From: Candidatus Latescibacterota bacterium
GTDB lineage: Bacteria; Latescibacterota; UBA2968; GCA-2709665
Reading direction: 5' to 3'
Length of the DNA stretch: 64,000 nucleotides
Assembly (NCBI GenBank): GCA_965222075.1
Contig: OZ244937.1
Span: 1,248,001-1,312,000, forward strand
Positions 39,380 through 49,914 of this stretch are shown here, in pieces. Under the pieces are notes generated by a model. That model saw only the letters and a list, made by a program, of their open reading frames with translations, had not been told where the DNA came from and ran no database searches. The position numbers were made by a program, and so were the translations under genes. Every line of letters starts with the position of its first letter. Position 1 is the stretch's first letter.

Positions 39380-40747
39380 ATGTTGACACGGCTACGGCTG
39401 GAGAACTTCAAGTCCTGGAGGGATACCGGGGACATCGCGCTCAAGCCCATCACCGGCTTCTTCGGACCCAACAGCTCTGGCAAGACCAGCCTGTTTCAAG
39501 CCCTGCTTCTGATGAAACAGACGGCCGATTCCTCGGACCGTGGGATAGTCTTTCACTTCGGTGATGGAAGAACACCCGTTGACCTGGGCGACTTCGAGAG
39601 CGTCGTACACGAGCACGACACGGAGCGATCACTCAAGTTTTCGCTCGGCTGGAATGCCATGAGGGAGATCGAGATACCGGATCTGTACGCCAAAGGGACT
39701 GTCGCCGAAGGTGACGAAATCAGATTCGAGGTCGAGATACGGGAGGAGAGCATCGGCTCGGGGAAATCGCTGATATTGGAAGAAATGTCCTACCAGATCG
39801 CCGGCCGAAGATTTGGGATGCGGCGCCTACCTGGTCGGATGGCGTACGATGTATTCGCCCGTGGGGCCGACTTCGATCTCTCTCACCGTACCGGTGAGGC
39901 CAATCATTATATTCGGCCGTCAAAGTTCCACGAGTTCCCACACTGGGCGGAAGAGCTCTTTGAGAACCACGGCTTCCTCTTTAATTTCCGCTACGGACTA
40001 GAATTGCTCCTGGACGATTTGTACTACCTTGGCCCTCTCCGCGCCTATCCGAATCGCGTCTATCGCCGGTCGGGCGCGCAACCCATCGACATGGGTCCAG
40101 CCGGTGAATCCGTGGTGGATGCGATACTATCGTCTCGGGAACGGGGAGAGAGAATAGGGCAAAGTTTTAATTCAAGCCTTCCCGCGATCGACAAATACGT
40201 CGCTGAGTGGCTCAAGCGTCTTGGACTGGTCCATGACTTTCGTGTCGAGGCGCTGGCTGGGGGCAGGCGGTTGTTCGAAGTCAAGGTCCGCAAGTCATCC
40301 GATTCAGCCGAAGTTCTCCTCACCGACGCAGGCTTCGGGGTCTCCCAGATTCTTCCGGTGCTGGTGCTGTGCTTCTATGCACCTGAAAAGTCCACGGTGA
40401 TTCTGGAGCAGCCGGATATCCACCTGCATCCGTCGGTCCAGGCCAACCTTGCCGATGTCTTTATCGACGCTTGGAAGAAATGCAACGTACAGATATTGTT
40501 CGAAAGCCACAGCGAGCACCTGCTTCACAGACTCCAGCGCCGCATCGCTGAAGAGGAGATCCGGGAGGATGATGTCGGCCTGTTCTTCTGTTCGACGAAT
40601 GGCAGTGGTGGCTCAAGCATTAGCCAGCTCGAAGTTGACCAATTCGGAAACATCTCCAATTGGCCGAAGGACTTCTTTGGGGACCAGTTCGGCGAGATTG
40701 CCGCCATGAGCGAGGCCGCGCTGAAAAGGCAGGGAGATTCTGAGTGA
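39380..40747 (+). CDS. ABC/AAA_15-type ATPase with C-terminal DUF3696
   Basis: LENFKSW, GPNSSGKTS, YLGPLR, GFGVSQILP, ILEQPDIHLHP, ESHSEH, NWPKDFF. Confidence 0.88.
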   Translation: MLTRLRLENFKSWRDTGDIALKPITGFFGPNSSGKTSLFQALLLMKQTADSSDRGIVFHFGDGRTPVDLGDFESVVHEHDTERSLKFSLGWNAMREIEIPDLYAKGTVAEGDEIRFEVEIREESIGSGKSLILEEMSYQIAGRRFGMRRLPGRMAYDVFARGADFDLSHRTGEANHYIRPSKFHEFPHWAEELFENHGFLFNFRYGLELLLDDLYYLGPLRAYPNRVYRRSGAQPIDMGPAGESVVDAILSSRERGERIGQSFNSSLPAIDKYVAEWLKRLGLVHDFRVEALAGGRRLFEVKVRKSSDSAEVLLTDAGFGVSQILPVLVLCFYAPEKSTVILEQPDIHLHPSVQANLADVFIDAWKKCNVQILFESHSEHLLHRLQRRIAEEEIREDDVGLFFCSTNGSGGSSISQLEVDQFGNISNWPKDFFGDQFGEIAAMSEAALKRQGDSE

Positions 40748-40749
40748 GC

Positions 40750-41241
40750 ATGAGGAAGCCGGAGATAGTTATGGACACCAATGTCGCTGTCGTTGCGAAT
40801 GGTAAGGCCCAACAGGCAGACCGAGATTGCATCCTCAAGTGCATAAACAGATTAAGCCACATACGAGATGAGTGCCGACTTCTCCTGGACAATAGAAACC
40901 TGATCCTCAAGGAATACCTGGGAAACCTTAGCCTCTCTGGACAGCCTGGGCTCGGTGACACCTTCTTCAAGTGGCTGTGGCAAAACCATGCAAACCCGGA
41001 GTATTGCCGAAAGGTTGCAGTGAAGCCTCGTGAAGATCGTGGGTTCGAGGAATTCCCTGAGGACCCGAATCTCAGCTCATTCGACCGAGACGATCGCAAG
41101 TTTGTTGCCGTAGCGCTGGCAAGTGAGACCGGGCCGGATGTGCTGAACGCCTCAGATGCGGATTGGTGGCACTACCGTCAAGCGTTGCGACAGCACGGCG
41201 TTGAGATAGTTTTCCTCTGTCCAGACCTGATGGAAGTGTGA
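40750..41241 (+). CDS. PIN-like domain protein
   Basis: IVMDTNV, ILKEY, DRDDRKFVAVA, NASDADW acidic PIN-type residues; adjoins the ATPase stop. Confidence 0.7.
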   Translation: MRKPEIVMDTNVAVVANGKAQQADRDCILKCINRLSHIRDECRLLLDNRNLILKEYLGNLSLSGQPGLGDTFFKWLWQNHANPEYCRKVAVKPREDRGFEEFPEDPNLSSFDRDDRKFVAVALASETGPDVLNASDADWWHYRQALRQHGVEIVFLCPDLMEV

Positions 41242-41330
41242 TAATGAGGTCAACACATTGACCACGTTTCACACGCAGGGAGTAGCAAATTGAGGTTTCC
41301 CCGCCGCCCAACGCCATTAACGCCATAGGG

Positions 41331-41618
41331 GTGCAAGCTGGGGTGCAAGCTGGGGTGCAAGCTAATTTGTCAGCCAGAGACATTGCCATGCTGCAAGCGT
41401 GTATTCCAGGAGCGGCTACGAGTAGAGAGTTGCGGGCGGCTGCGAGCTATTCGACCCGAACGAGAAACTTCGAGCAGCGGTTTAGACGACTATTGGCTGA
41501 CGAGTTGCTGGAAATGACTGTGCCTGATAAGCCGAGGAGTCCATTGCAGAAGTACCGGCTGACGGACAGGGGAAAGGCTGCCCTGACCAGTCAAAAACCG
41601 GGGAGTAGAGACACATGA
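41331..41618 (+). pseudogene. Winged-helix module, copy 2 (5'-truncated)
   Basis: Near-identical to 39048-39300 including (GGGGTGCAAGCT)n; stop overlaps the hsdR ATG. Confidence 0.75.
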
Positions 41619-44600
41619 GCACGGTCGGCGAAAGGGAAATTCGCACGCAGCAGCGGGTGATTGACTTCTTCCAGGATGCACTTGGCTACGCCTATCTCGG
41701 CAACTGGCAGGACCGCGCCGATAACCGTAATGTCGAGAAAGGGCTGCTCACCGACTGGCTGAAGCGCCAGGGTCACAGCGATAAGATCATCGACAAGGCG
41801 CTGCATGAACTGGGCAAGGCGGCGGCACTCGGTGGCAGCAAGATGCTCTACGCCGCCAACCGCGAGGTCTACGGCCTGCTCCGCTACGGCGTGAAGGTCC
41901 GGCCGGGCGTGGGCGAACAGACCGTCACGGTCTGGCTGGTCGACTGGGAGAATCCCGGCAGCAACGACTTCGCCATCGCCGAGGAGGTGACGGTCGCCGG
42001 GGAGAATACCAAGCGGCCCGACCTCGTGCTCTACGTCAACGGGATCGCCCTTGGGGTGCTGGAGCTGAAGCGCTCGACGGTCTCGGTGACTGAGGGCATC
42101 CGCCAGAACCTCGATAACCAGAAAAAGGAGTTCATCCGGTCGTTCTTTGCCACCGTGCAGTTCGTGATGGCGGGCAACGACACCGAGGGGCTGCGCTATG
42201 GCGTGATCGAGACGGCAGAGAAGTACTGGTTGCAATGGAAGGAGGCTGACGCCCACCCGGCTGCCGGCGACAATCCGCTGCTTCGGGAACTGAGCCAGCT
42301 CTGCAACAAGACGCGGCTGCTCGAGATCATCCACGACTTCATCGTCTTCGACGCTGGCGTCAAGAAGATCTGCCGCCACAACCAGTACTTCGGCGCGCGT
42401 ACGGCCCAGGAACACGTGAAACGCCGCGAGGGCGGCATCATCTGGCACACCCAGGGGAGCGGCAAGAGCCTGACCATGGTCTGGCTGGCGAAATGGATCC
42501 GTGAGCACACGACCGGCGGGCGGGTGCTGATCATCACCGACCGCACCGAACTGGACGAGCAGATTGAGACGGTCTTCAAGGGTGTCAGAGAGGAGATTCG
42601 CCGCACGAAGAGCGGCGCCGACCTGGTGCGCGTGCTCAACGCTGGCGACGAATGGCTGATCTGTTCGCTGATCCACAAGTTCGGCGCGTCCGAGGAAGGC
42701 GACGTCGACGCGTTCGTCGAGGACATCCAGAGCCACCTGCCCAGGGGCTTCCACGCCAGGGGCGAGATCTTCGTCTTTGTGGACGAGTGCCACCGCACCC
42801 AGTCGGGGAAGCTCCACGACGCGATGAAGGCGCTGCTGCCCGGCGTGATGCTGATCGGCTTCACCGGGACGCCGCTGCTCAAGGACGACAAGCGGCGGAG
42901 CATCGAAACCTTCGGGCCGTACATCCACGCCTACAAGTATGACGAAGCGGTGAGCGACGGCGTGGTGCTGGACCTGCGCTACGAGGCGCGCGACATCGAC
43001 CAGAACATCACGTCGCAGGCCAGGATCGATCAGTGGTTCGAGCTCAAGACCCGAGGGCTGACCGACGTGGCGAAGGCCCAGCTCAAGCAGCGCTGGGGCA
43101 CGATGCGGAGAGTCCTGAGTGCACGGGACCGGCTGGAGAAGATCGTCGCCGACATCCTGCTCGACATGGAGACGCGCGACCGCCTCAAAAGCGGTCGTGG
43201 CAACGCCATGCTCGTCTCCGGCAGCATCTACTCGGCCTGCCGCTTCTTCGAGATGTTTCAGCAGACCGATCTGGCGGGCAAGTGTGCCATCGTCACCTCC
43301 TACAAACCGGCCCCGGCGGACATCAAGGGCGAGGAGACCGGCGAGGGGCTCACCGAGAAGCTGCGCCAGTACGACATCTACCGGAAGATGCTTGCGGCGC
43401 ACTTCAACGAGCCCGAAGACACTACGATGAACAAAGTCGAGCGATTCGAGCAGGAAGTGAAGAAGCGCTTCGTTGACGAGCCGGGGCAGATGAAGCTTCT
43501 GATCGTCGTGGACAAACTGCTGACCGGCTTCGATGCTCCGCCGGCGACCTATCTCTACATTGACAAGCCGATGCAGGACCACGGGCTGTTCCAGGCGATC
43601 TGCCGGGTCAACCGCCTCGACAGCGAGGACAAGGAATACGGCTATATCATCGACTATAAGGACCTGTTCCGGTCGCTGGAGCAGTCGATTCAAGACTATA
43701 CCGGAGGAGCTTTCGGGGGCTACGACGAGGCCGACGTGAGGGGGTTGCTCAAGGATCGACTCCAGCAGGGCCGGGAGCGGCTGGAGGAGGCACGCGAGGC
43801 GGTCAAGGCGCTGTGCGAGCCGATCGAGCCGCCCCGTGACACCGCGGCCTACCGGCGCTTCTTCTGCGCCACCGAGAGCGGCAACGCCCGGAAGCTCAAG
43901 GACAATGAGCCAAAGCGCGTAGCCCTCTACAAGCGGACTGCGGCGTTCCTGCGGGCCTACGCCAATCTGGCCAACAGATGCGTGAGGCCGGCTACTCCGA
44001 CGCCGAGGTGCAGGAGATCAAGGCCGAGGTGAACCACTACGAGAAGGTCCGCAAGGAGGTCAAGCTTGCCAGTGGCGACTACATCGACATGAAGATGTAT
44101 GAGCCGGCCATGCGGCACCTGCTCGACACGTACATCCGGGCCGAGGAGAGCGAGAAGCTTTTAGCGTTCGACGATCTGACCCTCGTACAGCTGATTGTCA
44201 AGCGCGGGGAAAAGGCGTTCGATGTGCTGCCCGAGGGCATCCGCAACGATCCCGAGGCGGTGGCCGAGACGATCGAGAACAATGTTCGACGGCTCATCAT
44301 CGACGAGACGGCGGTCAACCCCAGGTACTACGGGAAGATGTCGGGACTGCTGGACGCCCTGATCCTCCAGCGCAAGCAGGAGGCGGTCGACTACAAGGCA
44401 TACCTGGCGAAAATCGTCGAGTTGGCCAGGAAAGTCAGGAGCCCGGAAACCGGGACATCCTATCCTTCGAGCATCAACAGCGGCGCGCTGAGGTCGTTTT
44501 TCGACAACTTGCAGGGCGCAAAGGTTTCGCAAGAGAGATCACTGATGCGCTACAGCACCGAACCGGCCGTGGATGTCTTGGAGGCGAAGGCGCTTAATCT

Positions 44601-44754
44601 GGACCGCGCCATCCGTGATGTGAAGAAGGCGGACTGGCGGGGAAACAAGTTCAAGGAACGCGAGGTCCGCAACGCCATCAGGTCAGAACTCGGCGACGAC
44701 GAGAGCCTCGTAGACGCGATATTTGAGATTGTGAAGGCACAGAGTGGCTACTAA
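41615..44754 (+). pseudogene. hsdR: Type I R-M restriction subunit, split by a 1-nt frameshift near 43976
   Basis: RPDLVLYVNG..ELK, HTQGSGKS, DECHR, GFTGTP, LLTGFD, QAICRVNR. GCCAAC-AG-ATG lacks one base of the expected Glu codon, and the protein continues in 43978..44754. Confidence 0.9.
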
Positions 44755-45478
44755 GGCGAGGTGCCGGCGCATCGACGTGCGAGGGACACCGGTAGAGGTC
44801 GTCCGCAAGGACATCAAGAACCTCCATGTGGGTGTTTACCCACCGAACGGTCGGGTACGGGTGGCTGCTCCACTCCGTCTGGATGATGACGCAGTGCGGC
44901 TGGCCGTCATTTCTCGCCTGGGCTGGATTCGCCGGAAGCAGGCGGAATTCGAGCAGCAGGATCGCCAATCTCAGCGGGAGTTCGTGACCGGCGAAAGCCA
45001 TTACTTCGAGGGCCGGCGTTACCGGATTGACGTAACCGAGCGCGACGGCCCACCAACTGTTCGTCTGCTCAACAACACCACGATGGCGTTAAGCGTTCGT
45101 CCAGGTGCCGACCGGGACAAGCGGGAGGCGGTACTTCATCGATGGTATCGCCGTCAGCTCCGCGACCGGTTGCCGGCGCTTCTCGCCAAATGGGAACCGA
45201 AGGTCGGCGTGCAGATCGCCGAGGTTCGCATCAGGAAGATGAAGACCTGCTGGGGGACGTGCAACAGGGACGCCCGCCGAATCTGGCTGAATCTTGAACT
45301 GGCGAAGAAACCGGCGTCCTGCCTTGAATACATCGTAGTGCATGAGATGGTCCACTTGATCGAGCGCCATCACAACGATCGGTTCCGCGATCTGATGGAC
45401 AGGCTCATACCTCAGTGGCGCTTGCATCGGGACGAGCTCAACCGTGCGCCACTTGCTCACGTAGACTGGCGGTACTGA
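44744..45478 (+). CDS. M48/YgjP (DUF45) metallopeptidase-like protein
   Basis: GESHYFEG, MKTCWGTC, YIVVHEMVH, HNDRF; typical hsdR neighbour. Confidence 0.9.
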   Translation: MATKARCRRIDVRGTPVEVVRKDIKNLHVGVYPPNGRVRVAAPLRLDDDAVRLAVISRLGWIRRKQAEFEQQDRQSQREFVTGESHYFEGRRYRIDVTERDGPPTVRLLNNTTMALSVRPGADRDKREAVLHRWYRRQLRDRLPALLAKWEPKVGVQIAEVRIRKMKTCWGTCNRDARRIWLNLELAKKPASCLEYIVVHEMVHLIERHHNDRFRDLMDRLIPQWRLHRDELNRAPLAHVDWRY

Positions 45479-45598
45479 ATGAAATCGCGATCCCTGGGCG
45501 GTGTAGGGGAGGACCTCTGGATCGAGGGGTTTGACATCGCGGGCCGATGCATTCCGGCCAACCATGTCGGCGGCGACTTCCTCCAGTACTTTGATTAG
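45479..45598 (+). pseudogene. Fragment of a SpoIIE/PP2C (RsbU-type) phosphatase
   Basis: IEGFDIAGRCIPANHVGGDFLQYF followed by a stop. Confidence 0.7.
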
Positions 45599-45644
45599 CT
45601 CAAGTCTGGCGGAGGTTGTTGTATACCCTTCAAAGGGACGTCAT

Positions 45645-46148
45645 ATGGCTGACCAGGGGCATACGGCGATACTCAAGCAGGGGGTAGAGGCCTGGAATAA
45701 GTGGAGGAAAGAGAATCCCGATCTGCTGCCGGACCTCACCGGTGTGGACTTCAGCGGTATGGATTTCAGCTATGAAAACCTCAGCGGTGCGAACTTCAAC
45801 AACTCGGAACTGGTCCATACGGACCTCAGTGATGCCTACCTCCAGGGTGCAACCCTCTGTGATGCGACCCTCAGCTGCACGAACCTGTATGGTGCGACCC
45901 TCACTGGCGCAGACCTTACCGGTGCGATTCTCAGCGAAGCGACTCTGAAAGAAGCGGATCTCCGATGTGCGATTCTTAAAGATGCAAATCTGGTGGGGGT
46001 GATTTTCAGAGAGGTCCAGGGTCTAAGCATCGAGCAACTTTCCAAAGTAAAAACGTTGTATAAGACAATAGAATTAGACGAGCATCTCCTGAAGCAAGTC
46101 ACACAAAGGTATCCCGATCTCCTGAAGGCGCCGGAAGAGCAGCCATAG
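45645..46148 (+). CDS. Pentapeptide repeat protein
   Basis: LKQGVEAWNKWR then A(D/N/T)Lxx repeats. Confidence 0.88.
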   Translation: MADQGHTAILKQGVEAWNKWRKENPDLLPDLTGVDFSGMDFSYENLSGANFNNSELVHTDLSDAYLQGATLCDATLSCTNLYGATLTGADLTGAILSEATLKEADLRCAILKDANLVGVIFREVQGLSIEQLSKVKTLYKTIELDEHLLKQVTQRYPDLLKAPEEQP

Positions 46149-46199
46149 CAGAGGTCGCAGAGGGGAATTCAATCCCCTGGTAAACTCCCTGGAGGGGCA

Positions 46200-47012
46200 A
46201 TGAAGGCTCGGGAAAATGCAGCCGTTTTTTGTTTTATACGCTTGCATGTCATTCTATATCTGTTTCTGGTGGGGGCGGTGTCGTGCGCCAGAAGCGGTCA
46301 GAATCCACCTGCGGAAGGCTTTAACCTTGCCGGATCGGATGCCAGGGCGATTGAGATTGCGGATGCTGTGATGGAGAAGATGGGGGGCCGAAAGAGCTGG
46401 GATCAGACGCGCTACATCGCCTGGAGGTTCTTTGGACGAAGGCTGCATGTGTGGGACAAGTGGACCGGTAATCTTCGTTTCGAAGTGAAAGATCTGGTCG
46501 TTTTGATGAATATCCACACCAGGGAAGGCCGTGTGTGGCGTGCCGGTGTGGAGATGACCGAGCCTGATTCGTTGAAGAAATACTTGAGGCGGGGGTACCG
46601 TGCGTGGATCAACGATTCGTATTGGCTGGTTATGCCATATAAATTGAAGGACACCGGTGTTAGTTTGAAGTATAAGGGAGAGGGTAAAATGGAAAGCGGG
46701 CGGGACGCGTACATTTTAACCCTTACCTTTGAAGATGTCGGCGTTACGCCGCAAAATAAGTATGATGTCTATATAGATAAAGAGACAATGCTGGTGGAAG
46801 CGTGGGCTTTTTACCGAAACGCATCAGATCCGGAGCCCGGATTTAGAAATCCCTGGTCAGACTGGAAGCGTCACGGAAAAATCCATCTGTCCGCCGATCG
46901 CGGCAGAAGAAAACATACTGATGTTGCCGTTTTTGATGAACTGCCCGCCTCAGTCTTCAAAAGCCCCGAACCGGTGGATATGATGGCGTTTAAGAAGGCC
47001 GCTGTCCACTAA
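46200..47012 (+). CDS. Hypothetical exported lipoprotein (DUF6503-like)
   Basis: AVSC lipobox-like, MGG..W, WINDSYWLVMPYKLKD, VGVTP. Confidence 0.65.
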   Translation: MKARENAAVFCFIRLHVILYLFLVGAVSCARSGQNPPAEGFNLAGSDARAIEIADAVMEKMGGRKSWDQTRYIAWRFFGRRLHVWDKWTGNLRFEVKDLVVLMNIHTREGRVWRAGVEMTEPDSLKKYLRRGYRAWINDSYWLVMPYKLKDTGVSLKYKGEGKMESGRDAYILTLTFEDVGVTPQNKYDVYIDKETMLVEAWAFYRNASDPEPGFRNPWSDWKRHGKIHLSADRGRRKHTDVAVFDELPASVFKSPEPVDMMAFKKAAVH

Positions 47013-47034
47013 ATGAGGAGCCGAGGGAGCAGAC

Positions 47035-47886
47035 ATGGCCGAAGTTTATCTGCACGCCAATATCTTTCGAGGCCAGCCCTTCGCCCGGGCGGTCCGGAAG
47101 GCGAAGACATTCGGGTATGACGGGATGGAGGCCTGGTTCAGCCACTTCAGGAACCGGGACGATCCGGTGGGGAGTTTGACGGAGTTGAAGCGGGTTGCGG
47201 ACTCGGAAGGGGTGCCGATGCCGGTGGCGCCGCTGAATACGGATCTGCTGGTTGACGATGTATCCGTGCGACAGGACAACCTGAGCAGAACGGTAGACTA
47301 TATCGGCGAGGTGGGGGCGCTGGGGTTCGAGTGGATGAACGGGTATATCGGCTGGCTCAATGCCCCAAACGGTTCGTGGCACGAGAGCGGTTCGGTTATG
47401 GCAACCGGCGCACACCATGAACGGGCCGTGGAAGGGTGTGCTGCAATGGCAAAGGCCGCAGAAGAGGCAGGGGTTACCGTCACGCTGGAGATTCATATGC
47501 GAACGCCGCACGACTCGGCGGCATCTGCCATGCGTATTCTCGACGCGGTGGACAGCCCCCGGATGATGGCCAATATCGATTCGGGAAATCTGCACGGGGT
47601 GGACCACGCAGAATCGCCCACCGAGGCGGTGGACATCCTGGGGAAGCGACTTGGGTATGCGCATTTGAAGAACTGCCGCCGGTTCGGTAAGCAGGCTGAC
47701 TATCACTACTCGCTGTGGGGCGGTGATTTAGACTACGCCGTGATCATCAGGCACATGCACGAGCAGGGGTATACCGGGCCGTACTGTATCGAGTATTCCG
47801 GGGATGGGGACCGGAGTTACCGGGCATGGGAAGATTTGAATTACGTTCGAGAGATCCTGGCGGATCTGAATATGGTGCCATGGTAA
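47035..47886 (+). CDS. Sugar phosphate isomerase/epimerase (xylose isomerase-like TIM barrel)
   Basis: GYDGME, LEIH, IDSGN, YAHLKN, CIEY. Confidence 0.85.
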   Translation: MAEVYLHANIFRGQPFARAVRKAKTFGYDGMEAWFSHFRNRDDPVGSLTELKRVADSEGVPMPVAPLNTDLLVDDVSVRQDNLSRTVDYIGEVGALGFEWMNGYIGWLNAPNGSWHESGSVMATGAHHERAVEGCAAMAKAAEEAGVTVTLEIHMRTPHDSAASAMRILDAVDSPRMMANIDSGNLHGVDHAESPTEAVDILGKRLGYAHLKNCRRFGKQADYHYSLWGGDLDYAVIIRHMHEQGYTGPYCIEYSGDGDRSYRAWEDLNYVREILADLNMVPW

Positions 47887-49262
47887 AACTGCTTGTCCGT
47901 ATTTTTCCGGTATGCTGGCTGATGGTAATACCGCCGGCAGCGGCTGACGAAAGCGGTGGTGCCGGCGCTGAATACTACTGGCCGCAGTGGCGCGGCCCCC
48001 TGGGCACCGGCGTTGCTCCGGACGCGAACCCGCCGGTTGAATGGAGCGAGAGCAAGAATATCCGCTGGAAAATCGCGTTGCCGGGCAGTGGGCATTCAAC
48101 GCCGGTCGTCTGGGGCGATCGCCTCTTCATCACCACGGCCGTGCCTATCGGTGACGCTTTGGAACCCAGATATAGGGATGCTTTCGGCGCGCATGACAAC
48201 CTTCCGGTGACGCACCACCACAAGTTTGTGGTCCTGGCCATCAGCCGCCGAGACGGAGAAATCGTCTGGCAGCGGACGGTGCATAAGGAACTTCCGCACG
48301 AGGGGGGGCATCACACCAGCAGCCTGGCGTCCAACTCACCGGTGACCGACGGTGAGTATCTCTTTGCGTTTTTCGGTTCACGGGGTCTTTACTGCCTTGA
48401 CCTGGACGGCGAGTTGCAGTGGAAGACAGACCTGGGCGATATGCATACCAAGCACGCGCATGGCGAGGGTAGCTCGCCAGCGCTGTACGGCGATATACTG
48501 ATCGTCAACTGGGATCACGCAGGCCAATCGTTTGTGATTGCTTTCGACAAACGGACCGGCAAGCAGCGCTGGAAGGTTGCGCGTGAAGAGGTGACGTCGT
48601 GGGCGACACCGATCGTGGTCGAGCACGGTGGTAAGCCGCAGGTCATCCTCAGCGGTACGAACCGTGTGCGTGGCTACGACCTGGCCACCGGCAGCGGCAT
48701 CTGGGAATGCGGCGGGCTGTCGGCAAACATCGTTGCCTCGCCAGTGGCGGGGAACGGGATGGTGTATGCCGCCAGCAGCTACGACAAACAGGCCATGGTG
48801 GCCATACGCCTCGACGGCGCCAGGGGCGATATCACCGGGACCGACCAGGTCATGTGGACCCGCACACGAGGCACACCGTACGTGCCCTCGCCACTGCTTT
48901 ACGGAGACGCGCTGTACTTCCTCCACCACTACCGGGGGATTCTTTCACGCGTTAACGCAAAGACAGGAGAAGAACGGCACGGCCCGTTTCGGCTCGGCGG
49001 CATCCGCAACGTGTACGCCTCGCCGGTGGGCGCCGCCGGCCGTGTGTACATTACCGACCGCGACGGCACAACGCTGGTAATCAGCCACGGTGACATCCCC
49101 AGGGTTCTGGCGCTAAACCGACTCCAGGACAGTTTCAGCGCCTCGGCCGCCGTGGTCGGACGCGAGTTGTTCCTGCGCGGGCAGCGAAACCTCTACTGTA
49201 TCGTGGAAGAGGTGTGTCTGCCTGGATCGGGCCTGAGGACCGGGCCGGGGGATAGAGGCTGA
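47880..49262 (+). CDS. Exported PQQ-binding-like beta-propeller (BamB-like) protein
   Basis: Signal peptide, WPQWRGP, HSTPVVW, SSPA, TGKQRW, YASPV. Confidence 0.85.
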   Translation: MVKLLVRIFPVCWLMVIPPAAADESGGAGAEYYWPQWRGPLGTGVAPDANPPVEWSESKNIRWKIALPGSGHSTPVVWGDRLFITTAVPIGDALEPRYRDAFGAHDNLPVTHHHKFVVLAISRRDGEIVWQRTVHKELPHEGGHHTSSLASNSPVTDGEYLFAFFGSRGLYCLDLDGELQWKTDLGDMHTKHAHGEGSSPALYGDILIVNWDHAGQSFVIAFDKRTGKQRWKVAREEVTSWATPIVVEHGGKPQVILSGTNRVRGYDLATGSGIWECGGLSANIVASPVAGNGMVYAASSYDKQAMVAIRLDGARGDITGTDQVMWTRTRGTPYVPSPLLYGDALYFLHHYRGILSRVNAKTGEERHGPFRLGGIRNVYASPVGAAGRVYITDRDGTTLVISHGDIPRVLALNRLQDSFSASAAVVGRELFLRGQRNLYCIVEEVCLPGSGLRTGPGDRG

Positions 49263-49299
49263 CACATAGCAGGAGACCCTGGGGGAGAGGGTGTAACAA

Positions 49300-49457
49300 T
49301 CGCCTGAAATCACGGCGATGCTTCGCCCCTGTGCCAGCGGTGAAAAATCGCTGTTCCCGGAAAGCAGGGCAAAGATGCTGATATGCGGCTTGGAATAGCA
49401 CAGGGCATCGACAACCATAGATGTTTTGTACGAAAAAGTTGACACACGGCGGGGCAT
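49300..49457 (-). pseudogene. NYN/LabA-domain gene remnant
   Basis: MVVDALCYSKPHISIFALLSGNSDFSPL resembles the NYN core (SGDSDFSPL). Confidence 0.6.
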
Positions 49458-49556
49458 TCTTCGTAAATTAAAACAAAGCAGAAAAACGGTTCACCATATT
49501 GAGATATGAAGAAGAAAGCGTATCCGGTACATCCTGCAGGGACTTGAGGTGAAGAG

Positions 49557-49871
49557 ATGGGTGAGCGTGACGAAAAGAGATCAAAGATCACCAATGTGAC
49601 CATTTTGGGCCATGAATATCCCTTGCACAGCCACGAATCTTCGAATTATACCCTCAGAATTGCGGATTTTGTAGATCGCAGGATGGCCGAAACTGCCTCT
49701 GAGCAGAATCTGGCCGACCCCACCAGGGTTGCGATTATGGCTGCGATGGATATTGCCGATCAGATACTCAAGCACAGAGACCGGCGGAAAACAGAGCACG
49801 AGAGGGCCGCTGAGGCCCTCCAACGGCTGGAGCAGTGCCTGGATAAAATGGACCAAAGTGAAGATGGATAA
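49557..49871 (+). CDS. zapA: Cell division protein ZapA
   Basis: VTILGHEY, IADFVDRRM, VAIMAAMDIAD, C-terminal coiled coil. Confidence 0.85.
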   Translation: MGERDEKRSKITNVTILGHEYPLHSHESSNYTLRIADFVDRRMAETASEQNLADPTRVAIMAAMDIADQILKHRDRRKTEHERAAEALQRLEQCLDKMDQSEDG

Positions 49872-49914
49872 ACCAAAAACCGACAACCTCGCTCTTCTCA
49901 AGCACAGCCTGGGC

